Positions 34,381 to 37,028 of a DNA stretch of 37,028 nt are shown piece by piece. Source of the stretch: Neodothiora populina (taxonomy: Eukaryota). The position numbers and the translations under genes are program-made. The notes beneath the pieces are model-generated. The model was not told the origin of the DNA. It searched no databases and was given only the letters and a program-made list of their open reading frames with translations. The DNA lies in contig NW_027191405.1 in the NCBI RefSeq assembly GCF_041146345.1, positions 1,984,001-2,021,028 of the forward strand. Direction: 5' to 3'. Numbering within the stretch: the first letter of the stretch is position 1; each line of letters begins with the position of its first letter.

Positions 34381-36184
34381 GAAGCAACAAGAAACCGAGA
34401 TGAGTGGAGTAATGAAGAAGGAGATGATCAAGAAGGCGATAATAATCAAGACGATAGTCGAAATAATAATCGAGGAAGACCAGTACTATTAGAGCCAAGC
34501 AATCCAGATGGATTTTGGGACAATAACAGGGTTCGAAAAGTTATGCAAGCAGAGAGTTTATATCGGATGAACAACAAATTATCAGCAAGCATTTAGCGGA
34601 ATGCATATCCGGCCATACATCGCGAGTTGACCAGGAAAAGGGACGTAGTGGAGACATTAGATTTGATTTACGAGGATAAGGAAGCCGAGGAGGATAGGAG
34701 CACAGAAACAAGCATAAGGGTAAGAGCCAACCAGTCCGGCTACAGTTTCGCAATGGAGGAGGGCATATATGGAAGATCGATAACAGAGTCACCGTTCCAC
34801 ACCATGGCAGAGAGACAGAAATTTCGAAGTGTCAGTGTAGATTGGCATCGGATATTACGTTTCCCATCAGCATGGAGAGATGATATAATGTAGCCAGAGA
34901 CGAAAAGACAGATGCAAGCAGAGCAAGAGCAGGAAGAATTCGAAAGATGGAGGATATTGAGAAAGACGGATTTGACGAGGAAGTTGAAGCAGATGATGGG
35001 ACCAAATGCGGAGTTCAGAGGGTTGCAAGAGAGGGCGTTGCAAGCCATTATGCAGAGGCATATGCGAGTTTTGATCATGATGCGAACAGGTGGAGGGAAG
35101 GGTTTGTTTTTTACGTTACCAGCCATGTGTTCGAGGGATGGGGTTACGATTGTCATTGTGCCATTGATATCGTTAAGAGAAGATTTAAAGAGGCGTTGTG
35201 ATGAAGCAGGGATCAGTTGTGCAGAATGGGATACTAAAAGGCCACCAAGATGGGCGAATGTTGTTTTGACAACACTAGAGGCAGCGGTCGGTGCAGCATT
35301 CGGCAGATTTATTGATGAAAAGAGGGCGATGAGGCAATTGGATAGGATTGTGATCGATGAGTGTCATGTAGTGTTAGATTCGACAGCAGGTTAGCGGTTA
35401 GAGATTTTGAAATTAGTCGAGATGATAGAAAAACAGACGCAGGTGGTTTATTTAACAGCAACGTTACCCCCGAAGGATGAACCACGATTTTTCGATATTA
35501 TGGGATTAAAAGAGGAAGAGGTGACGGTATTCAGAGACACAACGACGAGGAAAAACATCGAGTATAGAGTTATCGAGTATGATTAAGAGCAAGAGGAGGA
35601 AGAGGTGAAGAGATTAGTCGAGCATAAGAAGCGTGAACACCCATTACCAGGGCAGATCATCGTATATTGTAAGAAGATCAAACAAGCAGTGAGATTGGCA
35701 GAGGTGTTAAGTTGCCGGGTGTATCATCGGAAGGTGGGCACAGAGGATAATAAGAGGGAGATTTTGGCGCAATTGACAGGAGGCAAGGAGCAAGTTTTCA
35801 TAGCAACGAATGCGTTAGGATTAGGTATCGACGCACCAACGGTCAGAACGGTGATTCATGTCGGTGTACGCGAGAGAATGCGTGATTACGCACAAGAGAG
35901 TGGCAGAGCAGGTAGAGATGGGAAAAAGAGCGAGGCAATAATCATGCGAGAGATTCAAACAGGAAGAGACGGAGGTAGAAGGAAAGAGACAGGTTAAAGG
36001 ATGGAGAAATCAATGAAGGAGTTTTTAAAAAGGAGATAATTGTAGAAGAATCATATTAAATAAAGAGATGGATAGTAGGACGGGTAGGTTGGGATGTGAG
36101 ATTGATGAGGAGAGGTGTGATATTTGTCAAGGTAAGCTAAGAGGGACAAGAAGAGTGAGAAGTGTTGTACAAAATAGGCAGCAA

Positions 36185-36265
36185 GAGGAAGAGGAGGAAG
36201 AGGAGGAAGAGGAGGAAGAGGAGGAAGAGGAGGAAGAGGAGGAAGAGGAGGAAGAGGAGGAAGAG
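36185..36265 (+). repeat. (GAGGAAGAG)9 perfect repeat encoding 27 Glu
   Basis: Read directly from the sequence. Confidence 0.95.
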
Positions 36266-37028
36266 GATGCTAAAGAAGCAGAGATAATAAGCCTATATAA
36301 GAGGAGAAGGGTGGGATTTGTAGATTCGGGATTAGGTATATTAAGTAGTAGTATAATTAATAGAGGGGTTTCATGGACACAGGATGAAAGTGATAAAGAA
36401 GAAGAGGAGGAAGAGGAGGAAAGGGAAGGGGAAGTGGAAGAAGTGGATGAGGAGAAATCAACAAGAGAAGAAGGATGGTATCCATTATTACCACTAATTT
36501 TGATAGAAAGAGAATCACAACCACAACATGGATTAGGAATCAATATTGTTAAAGGATTGGAAGAGGAGGAAAGAGGAAGACATGTGGCATTAGTTTCAAT
36601 TGGAGAAGAGGCAAGAAGAAATCAAGAGACAGCGTAAGATCGAGGACGGTTTAAGAGGACGGTTAGAATTGGACAGATTAAGGCAGCAATTCGACGATTG
36701 GGAAGGGTGTTGTAAGATATGTAAAGCCAAAGGTAGAGAAAAGGATGAGGCAGGGCATGATTGGCAGAATTGTCAAGTCAGCACAGAGGATGTGAATTTG
36801 ATGAGACAGGCGATTAAAGAGATGGAATCGGTATCGTTTGAGAGATTTTCATGTTGTGGATTTTGTTGGGCACCGCAGAGCATTTGTCACAGATGGATTG
36901 AAGACAGCAAAAGGATTGGGTTACATAGAATACGAGCAGGGGGTGTTTGTCAATACCCGACGACGTTGAGAGATGCAGTGATAGCGATTTTAACATTCAA
37001 AGCAGGGGAACATGACGAGTGGATACAA

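Larger units (their letters stand above)
31849..37028 (+). pseudogene. Telomere-linked-helicase-type giant gene (Zn finger/DUF3505-like N-terminus, middle domain, RecQ-family helicase, Cys-rich tail), inactivated by nonsense mutations; runs off the window end
   Basis: ORF pieces at 31849, 32485, 32866, 33253, 33496, 34627, 34912 and 35605 share one frame, separated only by TAG/TAA. Motifs: CRTC..HLAKNH; FRGLQ, MRTGGGKG, VIVPLISL, IVIDECH, LTATLPP, IIVYC, ATNALGLGID, QESGRAGRDG; CRRIIL..MD..C..CDIC after a frameshift near 36030; CCKIC..H..C and CCGFCWAPQSIC near the end in a third frame. Confidence 0.9.

Noticed and set aside
31849..36000. Stop-codon readthrough or alternative genetic code
   Set aside because: Neighbouring genes use TAG/TAA as normal stops, both TAG and TAA interrupt the frame, and frameshifts occur later; RIP is the simpler explanation.
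34189..36543. Minus-strand ORFs with LP/LA/poly-Ser runs
   Set aside because: Reverse complements of the microsatellites in the helicase gene.

Overview
Filamentous ascomycete (Pezizomycotina-type) genomic DNA with short spliceosomal introns. Bases 1-21.7 kb hold an intact extracellular hydroxamate siderophore (fusarinine/coprogen-type) cluster: sidD/NPS6-type NRPS, sidJ-like esterase, sitT-like ABCB transporter, MirB-like siderophore-iron MFS importer, sidH hydratase and sidF transacylase. These six genes form three divergent pairs, each with SreA-type GATA motifs in the shared promoter, and an FAD-dependent monooxygenase abuts the NRPS. Bases 21.8-27 kb hold a truncated, frameshifted phosphoribosyltransferase fragment, a head-to-head pair (unknown helical protein and 9-exon atypical Hsp70), and a small membrane-anchored ORF. 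Bases 29.4-37 kb are mobile/subtelomere-like: a 5'-truncated, RIP-mutated LINE with a target-site duplication sits in a repeat/palindrome array. Downstream lies a RIP-inactivated giant ORF of the telomere-linked RecQ helicase type (Zn finger/DUF3505-like, middle domain, RecQ helicase, Cys-rich tail). Its middle domain carries a tyrosine-recombinase-like R-K-R-G[H]-x8-Y signature, making it the best candidate for an under-described mobile system. All calls come from reading motifs by eye; no database searches were run.
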